Of a DNA stretch of 64,000 nt, positions 29,610 through 39,841 are shown piece after piece. Below the pieces are notes generated by a model. It saw nothing but the letters and a program-made list of their open reading frames with translations. It was not told the origin of the DNA and ran no database searches. This DNA is from an uncultured Parachlamydiaceae bacterium (GTDB taxonomy: Bacteria; Chlamydiota; Chlamydiia; Chlamydiales; Parachlamydiaceae), in contig CAVVXH010000002.1 in assembly GCA_963752155.1 (NCBI GenBank), forward strand, positions 224,001 through 288,000. The letters run 5' to 3'. Numbering within the stretch: position 1 is the first letter of the stretch; every line of letters starts with the position of its first letter. The position numbers were made by a program, and so were the translations under genes.

Positions 29610-29885
29610 GCTATTTCAAGCTGACTTGGTAAAAAAATTTTTGGAGTGCGTGTGGCTTTGCCACCGCGCGCGAGGTCTTCGAAAGCAGATCGTGACGGAG
29701 GTTTGTCTTGAGGCTGGAGCGAAACGGAGAACTCAAGACAAACCTCCACGACCTTTTGAGGAGTTAGACCAAGATGCAGTGATTAGCGACGAGGTAATAG
29801 CCTAAGCTATTGCCGAGGAGCTAAGCGCTGCAGATTGGTCTCATTTGAAATCTTACGCCACGCATAGACGTCATGTGGTCTGATG
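29610..29885. repeat. Composite of palindrome modules: half of the 4916 element plus two hairpins
   Basis: gctatttcaagctgacttggtaaaaaaatttttggagtgcgtgtggctttgccaccgcg; ggaggtttgtcttgag / ctcaagacaaacctcc; agaccaa...gtaatagc-ctaa-gctattgc...ttggtct. Confidence 0.85.
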
Positions 29886-29894
29886 CTGCAGTTT

Positions 29895-30755
29895 TCATGA
29901 GATATTTGCTTTTTGATGCCTTAGAACTTGTCGTGCTCCATACTTTAATATGGCATTTATTTTAACGTTAGGATCGTGAATGGATTCAACTTGATTAAGA
30001 TCAGTTATTTCAATTTGAGAATTTTTGCTTGTATTGACGTTATCAACCTTCTTTAGCCCTCTCTCTTCATTTGGGTTAGTTTCGTCAAGTTGTTGACCCT
30101 TAGATTTTTCGAATATAAGAAGAGCTTCTGAATAAATCTCCCTATCCTCAATCTCTTTTGCGGTTCGTCTAGCTTCGTCATGGTTGCGTGTAACTTCAAC
30201 TTTTACGATTTCTAAAAAAGCTTTAGATCTTTCTTTGCGATTTTTATAATCCATTTCCTTCATAGCAATTAATTTAGCTTTGTCAAGATCTTTTAAAGCT
30301 TCATATTTTATGATCTCAACGTAAGCTTTGTCTCTGAAATCCTTATGTTTTATTTCATTTGCAGTCAGTTTAGATTGTTCTAAGTCAATGAATTGCGCTT
30401 CAAATTGTGCGATTTTACACTTAAAAAGTGATTTAATAATTTCTGCCACAAATGGATCCATGTCCGTACCAAAACTAATTTCTAAGTTTTTAGCCAAATG
30501 TAAACATCTATTGCAGAGAACTTTTTTATTGTAAAGTTCGTGATTGTTTCCAATTAAATAATGCCACTGAACGTTTATAGACATTAGATTCGCAACTTCT
30601 TTAGGGGAAAGATAAGTAGTTGCAATCGATCTTATTATTTCGTATGGGATTAATGTATTATTTATTGGAAATAAATACCCGTCATTAAGACGATTTAAAT
30701 TAATTTCTAGAGGATATTGTAAAGTGGGTTTATTTAGTGTATTCATTAATAGCAC
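29895..30755 (-). CDS. F-box-like protein with helical repeats, putative effector
   Basis: IPYEIIRSIATTYLSPKEVANLMSINVQWHYL; repeated A..IA.E.......KA..EI.K.E units. Confidence 0.65.
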   Translation of the reverse strand: MLLMNTLNKPTLQYPLEINLNRLNDGYLFPINNTLIPYEIIRSIATTYLSPKEVANLMSINVQWHYLIGNNHELYNKKVLCNRCLHLAKNLEISFGTDMDPFVAEIIKSLFKCKIAQFEAQFIDLEQSKLTANEIKHKDFRDKAYVEIIKYEALKDLDKAKLIAMKEMDYKNRKERSKAFLEIVKVEVTRNHDEARRTAKEIEDREIYSEALLIFEKSKGQQLDETNPNEERGLKKVDNVNTSKNSQIEITDLNQVESIHDPNVKINAILKYGARQVLRHQKANIS

Positions 30756-31084
30756 CTTTTTAAAATTTTATTGTATTTGAATGATTACCTGCAGGAAGTA
30801 ATGTTAATAATAATAACATATTTTACATAATAATGCAACGGATATATTACATAGGTATGTTACATTTTATTAAGTATACGCAATACTTATAAAAATCTAC
30901 GAGAATTCATCTTTTTTTGCCAATATTCTGTCATTATGTTGCGCGAATGGTCATTTATGCGCAACAATTAAGAAGATTGTTGCGTAGAGGCGGTAGAGAG
31001 AGGATTTACTTATGTCAGAAGCTGATGGAGTTGTCTACATCAGCTCCGAACCAGTTAGGCAAGCCGCAGACTGTGCACAGTCCT

Positions 31085-32095
31085 TCACGTTATCGGTACA
31101 ATGACAAGTGGTTTTTCCGGTTTTTTGAATGCATCAAAATAATTCGAAGGAGTATTAAAGACGGAAGCTAGTAACTCATTAGAGTATGAACCGATGACCT
31201 CACCTATCCCAAGATAATCCGGTTCACTATCGCTAAAGAAGGCAATGACTTCAACCGGATCTGGGCCGATATTTTCGATGTTGTGAAAATGGGAAGCAGG
31301 CGCAAATGCTCCTTCACCTTCAGAAACCTCTAAGACATCCATCTGACCATCAGGCGAAAGGACTGTGATACGAGTTTTGCCTTTGACAATATAGACCAGT
31401 TCTCCGGCATTCGTATGCCAATGAGGTTCGACGATTCCTTTTGGATTTAATCCAAAGCCTAATATACCCAAACCTTCAAGAATCGGAAGATTTGTTTTTG
31501 TCCCTAACTGGACGTACCCACCTTTTGTCAAGATAGCTTTATGACTGCTTTCGATGTCGAACTTAAATTGACTTTGAGTAGGTACTGTTTGAGTCGTTTT
31601 TATTTGAGGAAGAATTTTGATGAGGTCGTCATTTTTTGTTTTTTTAAGTCCATCGATAAAATGTGTGCCAGTATTGAATGTGCTATTAAATACTGTATCT
31701 GAAATTGAGTAGACAGCCTTGGAAAGTCGCATCGTTTCTGGAGTTGTACTATTTAAAGCAAAATTGATGCTACTCACACCTTCATGTTTATTTTCAATGT
31801 GGTGGATATATCCTTTAGGTATAAAAAACATTTCCCCTTTTTTTACGATAAATGTTTCTACTTTATTGGGAGTACGAATTGCAACCAGAACATTTCCCCC
31901 TACACAGTAACCGATTTTATTTGCATTTGGATGCCATATGGGTTCGACAGAAGCATTTTTATTTAAGTTTAGATTTTCAAATGAAATATTGACTAATCCA
32001 GGGACTTCTTTTGAAGTGATGCAGGTGATATTGCCTGCTTCATAATTTTTTTGTGGCTTTATGGATTTAAGACTAAAAAAAAATTTGCTGGTCAT
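31085..32095 (-). CDS. Bicupin of the oxalate decarboxylase-like family
   Basis: Two cupin domains: EPIWHPNANK...IHHIEN and EPHWHTNAGE...FHNIEN. Confidence 0.8.
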   Translation of the reverse strand: MTSKFFFSLKSIKPQKNYEAGNITCITSKEVPGLVNISFENLNLNKNASVEPIWHPNANKIGYCVGGNVLVAIRTPNKVETFIVKKGEMFFIPKGYIHHIENKHEGVSSINFALNSTTPETMRLSKAVYSISDTVFNSTFNTGTHFIDGLKKTKNDDLIKILPQIKTTQTVPTQSQFKFDIESSHKAILTKGGYVQLGTKTNLPILEGLGILGFGLNPKGIVEPHWHTNAGELVYIVKGKTRITVLSPDGQMDVLEVSEGEGAFAPASHFHNIENIGPDPVEVIAFFSDSEPDYLGIGEVIGSYSNELLASVFNTPSNYFDAFKKPEKPLVIVPIT

Positions 32096-32312
32096 AGCTA
32101 ATCTCCATTTTATTTAAATCATTTATTCAATTACTCCCCAGATTAATAGAAAAAATAATGCGGAGTGGGATAATTAACATATATCAAATAAATATTTTCT
32201 TGTAACTGTTAATTATTTCTTGAATTTTTGTCTGGACAAAATACGTACAAAATGAGGAAAATGGAGGTTTCCCATAGCAACAATTAATAAGTTGTTTAAG
32301 ATAGATATCTAG

Positions 32313-32359
32313 AGCCGAGAGGACATTAGGGGAAGCCGAGAGGACATTAGGGGACATTA
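32313..32359. repeat. Two tandem 21-nt repeats
   Basis: agccgagaggacattagggga twice, then catta. Confidence 0.8.
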
Positions 32360-32398
32360 AACATCAGTTGAAAAATTTATCTTAATTTTTTTTTGCCG

Positions 32399-32427
32399 TT
32401 GACTTAACTTATTTGTTTAGGTATATA
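32399..32427 (+). promoter_or_regulatory. Putative sigma66/70 promoter of the U-box gene
   Basis: TTGACT, 17 nt, TATATA. Confidence 0.55.
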
Positions 32428-32482
32428 TCTGTGTTGATACTCGAGTATGACAGAAATTCGTTAAATAAAGGAGAGTTTTGCA

Positions 32483-34477
32483 ATGTATGTATCAGAACGG
32501 TATTATTGGGATAGACTTCCTCCTCAACTTGACCAAAAACTTCCTAAATTACCAGTCGGTATCGGATTCCAAAACTGGAAAAAGTCGAATTTACCTCCAA
32601 TGAGTAGTCATTTGCCTGGAATGATAAATCCAAATGCCAATCAACCCACAAAAAATGATCAACCCCTTAAAATACCCACAGAATTTGTATGCTCTATAAC
32701 GAAAGAAATTATGCGAGATCCCGTATTCACTTTGGATGGGATAACGTATGAAAAATCGGCGATCACTGATTGGCTAAAAACTAACGATACTAGCCCACAT
32801 ACGGGTAAAAAACTTGAAAATAAGCAACTTATTCCGAACGTCAACTTGAAAAACCAAATTCAGCAATTCGTTCAAAATAACCAAGAAGCTTTCAAGAAAG
32901 AATTCGTGAACATGATTAAGGGGAATAATCTGAAAAAATTGGACATATTCCTTGGTCTGGGTCTCCAAGCTAACATGGAGATTAATGGGTATAGCCCTGT
33001 TTGTTACGCGATATTATACGAGCGAAATGACATTACTCAATTATTCTTAGCAAAGGGCGTTAGTACAAATTTGCCAGCTCTTGATTACAGTAAAGAACCA
33101 GAGCTCAACAGAGTGGTTAATTTCCGCAATCAAAAATTGAGAGCAACTGAGCCTTTCAAACTTTTCAAAAAAAAAATCCGATCTGATATGATTGCGCTTT
33201 ATGAAAAACTTAAGACAATTAGTGAAATAACGAATTTATATAATAAATTGGATAACTTTATTTCTGCTTTTCAAATAAAAGGCCCATACGAGTTTAATAG
33301 GGAACACTTCGACAAATGCTTTCGGTTTAACAGATATGATGATTATGCAGATCTAACAACGCAATTTTCTCAATGGACAGAGTTGAGTCGTCTTCTTGGG
33401 TTTAAAGATGAGGATGTTGTACCGAATTCAGAAGGAAAGAGTGAACTTACTAATTTAAAAGAGAGAAAAATCCAACTTGAACTAAAACTTCCCACAGTAC
33501 GTAAAGAGTTTGATTTATTAATGATTGCTTATGGTACAACTGAACTTCTTCTGGAAAAGAAATATAAATTTCCAGGGATAGACTTTTCAAGTTTAGAAAG
33601 CCTTTCCAATTCTAAAGATAAAACCACTTTAACACTTGAATCGGGGTCTAATAAATCGAGGGAATCAAGGAGTTATCAGAGATCTTGGGAATATGAATTT
33701 TTAGATGAATATAAATATAGAGACGTTTGTTATCCAAAATTAAATAAAATTATCGAAGAAATTAACTCTTTGACATATCAGATTGAGGTTTTAAAAAAAT
33801 CTTCCCCTACAGAGAGTTGCTTAAAGTTAAACGTTTCCAACGCGCGTCTCGGCAAGTCTGACTGTCAGTCTTGTTTATACGCACTTAAGAATAAGCTAGA
33901 GAAGATCGCTTTTCCTGCTTGCAAAGAAAAAATTGCTGAGTACTCAGGGATTTGTCATGAATTAAACGAGTTACATAAACAAAGGAATTTATTTAAATTT
34001 AATGTAAAAGAATCTCAAGTTAAATTAATTCACTTAGCTGCATTTTTTGGACAACAAACCATCTTAAATGGATTAATAAGGAAAAACATAGATGTTAATG
34101 TAGTGGATGAATTTGGTTTTACTGCTCTCCATTGGGCTGCAATAAATAACCAAGGTCGTTGCATTGAAATTCTGCTTAACCATGAAGCTCTAGTAAAAAA
34201 TGATCATTTAAATTGTACTTTCCATCATTATTGCGTCCCGGAAACTTTAAAAAATATTAACTTAAAGCCTAATTTACCTTTAGAATCAAAAAATAGGAAA
34301 TTAGAAGAGAAACTGGAAGATCAAGAAATCCAATTAAAAATCTTGAAAGAAAATGTCGAAAAGTTAACAAATTTAGTTAGCCAGTTACTTCCAAGACCAG
34401 TTGGGTCTACGCCAAGAATCGAAGATTTTGCGCAGCCTCATCTTCTGGGCGTCCCACCAAGCTTGGGTAAATCGTAG
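32483..34477 (+). CDS. U-box E3 ubiquitin ligase domain and ankyrin repeat protein
   Basis: IPTEFVCSITKEIMRDPVFTLDGITYEKSAITDWL...SPHTG...LIPNVNLK; GFTALHWAAINN, LIHLAAFFG. Confidence 0.9.
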   Translation: MYVSERYYWDRLPPQLDQKLPKLPVGIGFQNWKKSNLPPMSSHLPGMINPNANQPTKNDQPLKIPTEFVCSITKEIMRDPVFTLDGITYEKSAITDWLKTNDTSPHTGKKLENKQLIPNVNLKNQIQQFVQNNQEAFKKEFVNMIKGNNLKKLDIFLGLGLQANMEINGYSPVCYAILYERNDITQLFLAKGVSTNLPALDYSKEPELNRVVNFRNQKLRATEPFKLFKKKIRSDMIALYEKLKTISEITNLYNKLDNFISAFQIKGPYEFNREHFDKCFRFNRYDDYADLTTQFSQWTELSRLLGFKDEDVVPNSEGKSELTNLKERKIQLELKLPTVRKEFDLLMIAYGTTELLLEKKYKFPGIDFSSLESLSNSKDKTTLTLESGSNKSRESRSYQRSWEYEFLDEYKYRDVCYPKLNKIIEEINSLTYQIEVLKKSSPTESCLKLNVSNARLGKSDCQSCLYALKNKLEKIAFPACKEKIAEYSGICHELNELHKQRNLFKFNVKESQVKLIHLAAFFGQQTILNGLIRKNIDVNVVDEFGFTALHWAAINNQGRCIEILLNHEALVKNDHLNCTFHHYCVPETLKNINLKPNLPLESKNRKLEEKLEDQEIQLKILKENVEKLTNLVSQLLPRPVGSTPRIEDFAQPHLLGVPPSLGKS

Positions 34478-34645
34478 CGGCATGCCTAGCAGCTGCTATG
34501 ACTCTACCATCTATCCTCTCGTGAGCATCGTTCCATTTGCCTCCCCCGGGTCCTCTTTTACGAGAAACGGCGTAATGAAAAGTGTTGGTCGGGTGAATAA
34601 TCGTTGCGTTTCGACGTAAAAATCATCAAGGCGAAAATCCATGTT
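34471..34645 (+). repeat. Degenerate copy of the 3' end and downstream flank of the MFS gene (39707-39893)
   Basis: Shares agcagctgctatgactc, tcctcttttacgagaaacggcgtaatgaa, cgtaaaaatcatcaaggcgaaaatccatgtt. Confidence 0.9.
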
Positions 34646-34657
34646 CATTAAAGATTT

Positions 34658-34879
34658 ATGATCAAGAAAACCATACCAATAATTGAAGTGACCCCGGAAA
34701 ACTATAAAAACTTTTCCTGTGGGAAATGAGAATTAAATGAATATTTCAAAAGGGATGCAAAAGATGAAAAAGCTAAGGAATTTTATAAATATTTTGGTTT
34801 TATAGATTGTAACGATAGTGAATATTCGTTATTTTTACCCATAGCAACAATTAACAAGTTGTTTGAGATAGATACATGA
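34658..34879 (+). pseudogene. Internally deleted GNAT acetyltransferase toxin (TacT/AtaT-like) remnant
   Basis: MIKK...NFSCGK*ELNEYFKR fused in frame to DAKDEKAKEFYKYFGF...LFLPIATINKLF. Confidence 0.7.
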
Positions 34880-34901
34880 CTTCGTAACAAAATTCTGCCT
34901 C

Positions 34902-34981
34902 TTTTACATATCTTGCAGGTTAAGAAAACGCGCCTACATCCATATATATTACGTTTTCTTCATCTGCAAGATATGTCAAAA
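34902..34981. repeat. Imperfect palindrome between convergent ends
   Basis: acatatcttgcag...aagaaaacg / cgttttctt...ctgcaagatatgt. Confidence 0.75.
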
Positions 34982-35007
34982 CCTTCTTAGTCTTTATTTC
35001 GAGGCTA

Positions 35008-35331
35008 TTAAATATAACGATCGCTATCAATCGGCAACGGTAAATATTTAATAGGAGTGTCTATTTTCTGAGGCTGCATTTGCTGTTGAGTATGGTTTAC
35101 GGCGGTGTTAAAAATAGCGTTTATTATATTTGAGTTTAATCCTATTGAATTTTCAAAACAATTTTTTATGTCATTCTTATCGTAAAATGAAGCATATGCA
35201 AAGAAATTTGCTATATCCTTTAGTTCAAGCCATATATTAACTAGATCAGTTCTATTCATTTTTATCTCACGCATAAATGCGGATAGCAATTCTTGCTCTG
35301 AAGGACAAGTATATTTAGAAATTGGATTCAT
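35008..35331 (-). CDS. Hypothetical protein (107 aa)
   Basis: ATG with AGGAG RBS; no family recognised. Confidence 0.6.
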   Translation of the reverse strand: MNPISKYTCPSEQELLSAFMREIKMNRTDLVNIWLELKDIANFFAYASFYDKNDIKNCFENSIGLNSNIINAIFNTAVNHTQQQMQPQKIDTPIKYLPLPIDSDRYI

Positions 35332-35590
35332 TTTATTTCTCCTAATTATGTTAAATTTTTTTTTGATTTAATAAAAATACAAAAAATTTGGTTAGTCGGT
35401 CTCTTGGACATTGTTATTTTATATTCAATATTTATTGTATGCAATAGAAAAAACAGAACTTTAAAAGTTTTGATGTTTTGGTAGGGTGCAATTAAAAGTG
35501 CAAGGTTAGACTCTGCTCAATAAAATCTGCAATATACTTGCATAATATTCCTGAATCTGGAAAAATTGTAATTTAAACTGTGAGGCAACT

Positions 35591-36499
35591 ATGAATTTTA
35601 ATTTTAACTTTTTTGGTAGTGAAAATAAAACAAATCCAATAGATATCAATTCAGCAATTTTTAAAAGCAATCAGCTGACAATCGAACGGGTTAAGGGCTA
35701 TAAAAAACAGGGTTTAAAGGTAAATCTTTTCATTGGAAGGACGCCTAACGAGCCGCTACCTCAAAAGGATGATGCCTTATGGATTTCTTTATCGATTGAG
35801 CGAGAGCCAGCGTCTTTAAATTGTACTAAAGACTATAATTTGCACTTGATCATTAACTGCAACAATAAGGAAGAAATGAAGACGATTCAGGGAGTATTTG
35901 ATCGGGTGGTTGTCGATCTTTCTACAAAGAAATTCTTTAAGCATCTTCCTTATATCTATGATGCTGTGCAGCCTGGAGGCGACCTTCTCATTGAAATGGA
36001 TTCTGGCTGTCTTAAATATCCCTCTGAGATCGAAGAAGAAATTTTGCTCCTGAAAGCATCAAATACATATCGGAAAAAAACAGACATTTTTATAGCTAAA
36101 TTTTTTAAGGAAAAATTAGACATCGATTTAGATCTCAAGAAAATACAATGCCATATCGCACAAGATCCCCAGGTGGCGAGCCAGGAAGCACGCATAAAGG
36201 AATTGCCCGAGTATAAAAAATGGGATGCTCGTCAAAAGCAGAGGGAATGGCCATGTGGAGCGCTGCTCCCATTTTTTAAGGATTTAGCAGAGGCGGAAGG
36301 GATCATCAATCCTGAAGATCTGCTCTGGGCAAAGCAAAAAGACGACGAAAGAAAAACTAGAACTGAGGAAATGGAGCAGTTTTTTGGCGAAGTCGAGCTA
36401 CGCCACGAAAAATTCCCTTATGAAAATCAATATGATTACAAGGGCCAAAATCCCACGGAGTACTTTCACGCCCATGGGAAAAAAGCAATAGTTAAATGA
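35591..36499 (+). CDS. Hypothetical protein, weak SAM-methyltransferase-like segment
   Basis: 302-aa ORF with GAGG RBS; GVFDRVVVD...AVQPGGDLLIE. Confidence 0.55.
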   Translation: MNFNFNFFGSENKTNPIDINSAIFKSNQLTIERVKGYKKQGLKVNLFIGRTPNEPLPQKDDALWISLSIEREPASLNCTKDYNLHLIINCNNKEEMKTIQGVFDRVVVDLSTKKFFKHLPYIYDAVQPGGDLLIEMDSGCLKYPSEIEEEILLLKASNTYRKKTDIFIAKFFKEKLDIDLDLKKIQCHIAQDPQVASQEARIKELPEYKKWDARQKQREWPCGALLPFFKDLAEAEGIINPEDLLWAKQKDDERKTRTEEMEQFFGEVELRHEKFPYENQYDYKGQNPTEYFHAHGKKAIVK

Positions 36500-36504
36500 A
36501 TTGA

Positions 36505-36640
36505 GGCTATGTTCTCCTGTACACGAGAAACTTTCGCTCAATTATTCCTCCTCTGTGATCTCTGTGGTAAAAAAAAATCTACCACAGAGATCACAGAGAA
36601 CACAGAGGAGGAATAATTGAGCGAAGAAGTGAACAAGGCT
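36505..36640. repeat. Palindromic element family C, copy 2 (no outer shell)
   Basis: Near-identical to 27296-27440. Confidence 0.93.
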
Positions 36641-36796
36641 TGAATTGAGATACTTTGAAAAATCGAATCTCCTTCAAAAGCCGGAGAAGACAGCTTGATT
36701 TTTTTCAACTTGTTCTAGATCTAAACTCCAAATTTTTATTGTTTGAAAAATCGTAAGAATGTATGCTGAAGGAAACGATCCTCAGAGGGAAAAAGA

Positions 36797-37042
36797 ATGG
36801 ATAATGCTGCTGATATTTTAACCAATTGCTCGACATCTAATGGCATACTGGCTCTCGCACTTTTGATCATTGGGGGGGTGATATTTTTATGGAAACAAAA
36901 TAAAGATAATAGAAATGAGACAAAGCTTGAAATAAAAGAAGTCAAGGAAGATATTAAAGTTCTTTCTAATAAAGTTTCAGATATCAACAAACGGATATAT
37001 GGAGTTGAACAAAACTTCATACAAAAGAATGCTGTATACTAA
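36797..37042 (+). CDS. Small membrane-anchored coiled-coil protein
   Basis: One TM segment ILALALLIIGGVIFLW followed by heptads. Confidence 0.55.
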   Translation: MDNAADILTNCSTSNGILALALLIIGGVIFLWKQNKDNRNETKLEIKEVKEDIKVLSNKVSDINKRIYGVEQNFIQKNAVY

Positions 37043-37194
37043 CCACTGACCAAAAAATCAAAAAAGCCGAATAAATCAATTATCTCACAATGCTTAAAAA
37101 GCATAAATCTTTTCTCAAAAAATTCGAGTTGAAAATGAGCAAAACGGGAGAATTCGGAGCTCGTGTAATAATCTAAATTTTGCAAAAGAAGTGA

Positions 37195-38496
37195 CTAAGT
37201 GGTTATAGCCTGGATTATATTCATATCCAAAATTTCAATGTCTTGGATATTTGGTTTTGGATAGCGATTAAGTATATCATCAATAGTTAAACGTTCGCTG
37301 CTGGCTATATATTTTAGCCATCCACTTGCGTCATCTGATTGGTTGCACGTTACCCATTTACTAAAGTCGATGCGTTTTATGATGAACTCCGGCCTTGGAA
37401 GGTACAAGTGGTAGCCATCAAATTGATAGTGCCAAAAGTGGAATTTTTTTAAAGGATTTCCATTAAAATACTCGCCCTCAATTGGCTTCCAGATATGATT
37501 ACGCAGCTTGCCATCAATAGAACAAATGCCATAGCAATTAAGGAGGTAGTTATTGAATCCTCTTTGAACCATTGAAACAAGAGGGTCGGTTTCTAATTTT
37601 TTAAACTCGGGACTTTCTAGCTCGCCGACGCCGAGTTCCTTAATAATAACTTCGCGATAATATGTATTGGCTTCCGGATCATCCTCATAATCTGTGGGTA
37701 TGAATTCGCCATTTTTAAGCTTTTCGTAAGGTGAAATACCCTTTTTAGAGGCCCCTGAAAAGGGATAGTTTTTATTTTCTAGCCAAAACACTGCAAATGA
37801 CTTTGCAAGATGGGGGTTTTTATCTTGTATTTTCAGAATTTGCTCAAAGAAATTTCGTCGGTTATAGAGGTTTGATTGACGCATGTCATATTCTATACTC
37901 ATGGCATAAATTTTTCTACTGCATATATTGCGTATTTTAAATACCACTGCATCTCCACCACTACCTAACACACCCAAATTTTCAAATTTATTTAACAATT
38001 CGTTATGTGTAATCGTTCCAAGAATTGGAATGCCAAAATGGTCGTCTTCACTACAAGAAAAGCTGCAAGTTGGGCTAGCTTGAGCACCCGGAACAATGTT
38101 GGCAATCCTCGTTAAAAGGTTATCGACATTTTTAAAACCTTTATTTAAAATACTATAAACATGGTTACAAAAATTATATCCCCTATCAAACGATAAACTA
38201 AATCCTGCTTTCACAGTCTGCCAAGAACTTACTAGCAAGCCTGGATGATACATTTTAGCGATTTTTTTTCTCTTTTCAATTTTCTTATTCTTTCTATTAA
38301 TAAACCTTCTAACCTTCCTAGTTAATTTATGTTTGTATAGAGGCTGATCTTGGAATACATGACTAGTATTAAATAGGCTAGTTACTTGATTTAGGTTGTT
38401 TGATATAATCTGAAAATTATTTGTTACACCAATTTGATCGCTCACATTAAAAGAAAATGACATAAAATTATTCTTGCATAGGTTAATAAATGGCAA
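37195..38496 (-). CDS. Atypical protein-kinase-like protein, putative effector
   Basis: LGSGGDAVVFKI (Gly loop), IDGKLRN (DxKxxN), IKRIDFS (DFG-like). Confidence 0.55.
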   Translation of the reverse strand: MPFINLCKNNFMSFSFNVSDQIGVTNNFQIISNNLNQVTSLFNTSHVFQDQPLYKHKLTRKVRRFINRKNKKIEKRKKIAKMYHPGLLVSSWQTVKAGFSLSFDRGYNFCNHVYSILNKGFKNVDNLLTRIANIVPGAQASPTCSFSCSEDDHFGIPILGTITHNELLNKFENLGVLGSGGDAVVFKIRNICSRKIYAMSIEYDMRQSNLYNRRNFFEQILKIQDKNPHLAKSFAVFWLENKNYPFSGASKKGISPYEKLKNGEFIPTDYEDDPEANTYYREVIIKELGVGELESPEFKKLETDPLVSMVQRGFNNYLLNCYGICSIDGKLRNHIWKPIEGEYFNGNPLKKFHFWHYQFDGYHLYLPRPEFIIKRIDFSKWVTCNQSDDASGWLKYIASSERLTIDDILNRYPKPNIQDIEILDMNIIQAITT

Positions 38497-38644
38497 TGTT
38501 AAAGGTTTTACTAGGAAAGTTCAACAAAAATCATAATTTTCATCATAATTTTTATGTTGCAATTTAAAAGCTTCTCTCGTACAATAAAAAAAAATATCCA
38601 AGACTCACCCTTATTTTTTACTCATTTATTTTTCGAGGCTATTC

Positions 38645-39841
38645 ATGACTGTTCATGAATTAAAGTATTTATTCCTTATTTTCATTGTGTTCATTGCCGC
38701 GTGCATTGAGACAGACATTTACTTGCCGGCTTTCCCGGATATGATGATCTATTTTTCAGTGTCGGAGGAAGCGATCCAAAAGCTACTGACCTGGAACTTT
38801 ATAGGCATCTGTCTTTCCTGTCCATTTTATGGACCGATTTCGGATGCTATTGGCAGGAAAAAGCCACTCTTGGTGGCTCTAGGGCTATTTCTTGTCGGCA
38901 GCTTGATGACGTTATTGTCAGATAGCTTTGCCGTGATGCTCTGGGGACGTTTTCTGCAAGGGCTGGGAAGTGGCGGCTGCTTTACTTTGGGGACCGCGAT
39001 CATTTTCGACGCTTTCGAAGGAGACAAAGCTGTGCGCGCTACGAACAAACTCAACTCCAGCATTCCCTTCATCATGGCAGGGGCTCCTCTTTTGGGCGGC
39101 TACTTGAACCAGGCGTATGACTTCCGCGCCAACTTTGTCGCTATCGCTGTCTTTGTGCTGATCAGTTTGGTGATCTCCGCCTTCTTCTTCGAAGAGACAC
39201 TGCCGCAAGAGAAGCGATCTCCATTAAGTGTAGACAAAATGACATCCGATTTCAAACGCGTCTTCTGCTGCCTTCCATTCTGGCAGGTGACCGTTGTCGT
39301 TAGCGTTCTCATCGGCGGCTATATTGCCTTTCTTTCAGGAAGCACCCTCCTTTTTGTCGGAGAGATGGGGGTCAGCAAGCAAGCCCTTCCTCTGTTCCAA
39401 GCGGCCCTATTGGGATCGTGGCTAGTCGCCAGCTTGACATTCACTCGAGCCATCAAGCGCTGGGGCACTGGAGCGGTCAAACGTACCGGCATTACCATCA
39501 CCGTCGTCAGCGGCGCCGCCTTAGCGCTCGCTGCCTTCTTGATGCCTGAAGATCCCTATCTAGTGACGAGCACCATGTTCCTCTATGTCTTTGGAGTCAA
39601 CTGGGCACAGAGCCTCTACTTCCCTGAAGGGATGCAGCTGCTCCCAGATATCAAAGGGATCACCGCCAGCGTTCTCACCAGCGCGCGCCTCTTCCTCACC
39701 GCCCTCATCGTAGGGATCACCAGCAGCTGCTATGACTCCACCATCTATCCCCTCGCGGTGATGATCGTTAGCATCATTCTCATTTGCCTTCCCCTGGTCC
39801 TCTTTTACGAGAAACGGCGTAATGAAGTTTTGATCGGATGA
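38645..39841 (+). CDS. MFS transporter, Bcr/CflA (DHA1) family
   Basis: DIYLPAFP, GPISDAIGRK, GRFLQGLG, APLLGG, EETL. Confidence 0.92.
   Translation: MTVHELKYLFLIFIVFIAACIETDIYLPAFPDMMIYFSVSEEAIQKLLTWNFIGICLSCPFYGPISDAIGRKKPLLVALGLFLVGSLMTLLSDSFAVMLWGRFLQGLGSGGCFTLGTAIIFDAFEGDKAVRATNKLNSSIPFIMAGAPLLGGYLNQAYDFRANFVAIAVFVLISLVISAFFFEETLPQEKRSPLSVDKMTSDFKRVFCCLPFWQVTVVVSVLIGGYIAFLSGSTLLFVGEMGVSKQALPLFQAALLGSWLVASLTFTRAIKRWGTGAVKRTGITITVVSGAALALAAFLMPEDPYLVTSTMFLYVFGVNWAQSLYFPEGMQLLPDIKGITASVLTSARLFLTALIVGITSSCYDSTIYPLAVMIVSIILICLPLVLFYEKRRNEVLIG

Noticed and set aside
32313..32359. Tandem 21-mer as iterons or a mini-array
   Set aside because: Only two units, no spacer, no rep gene
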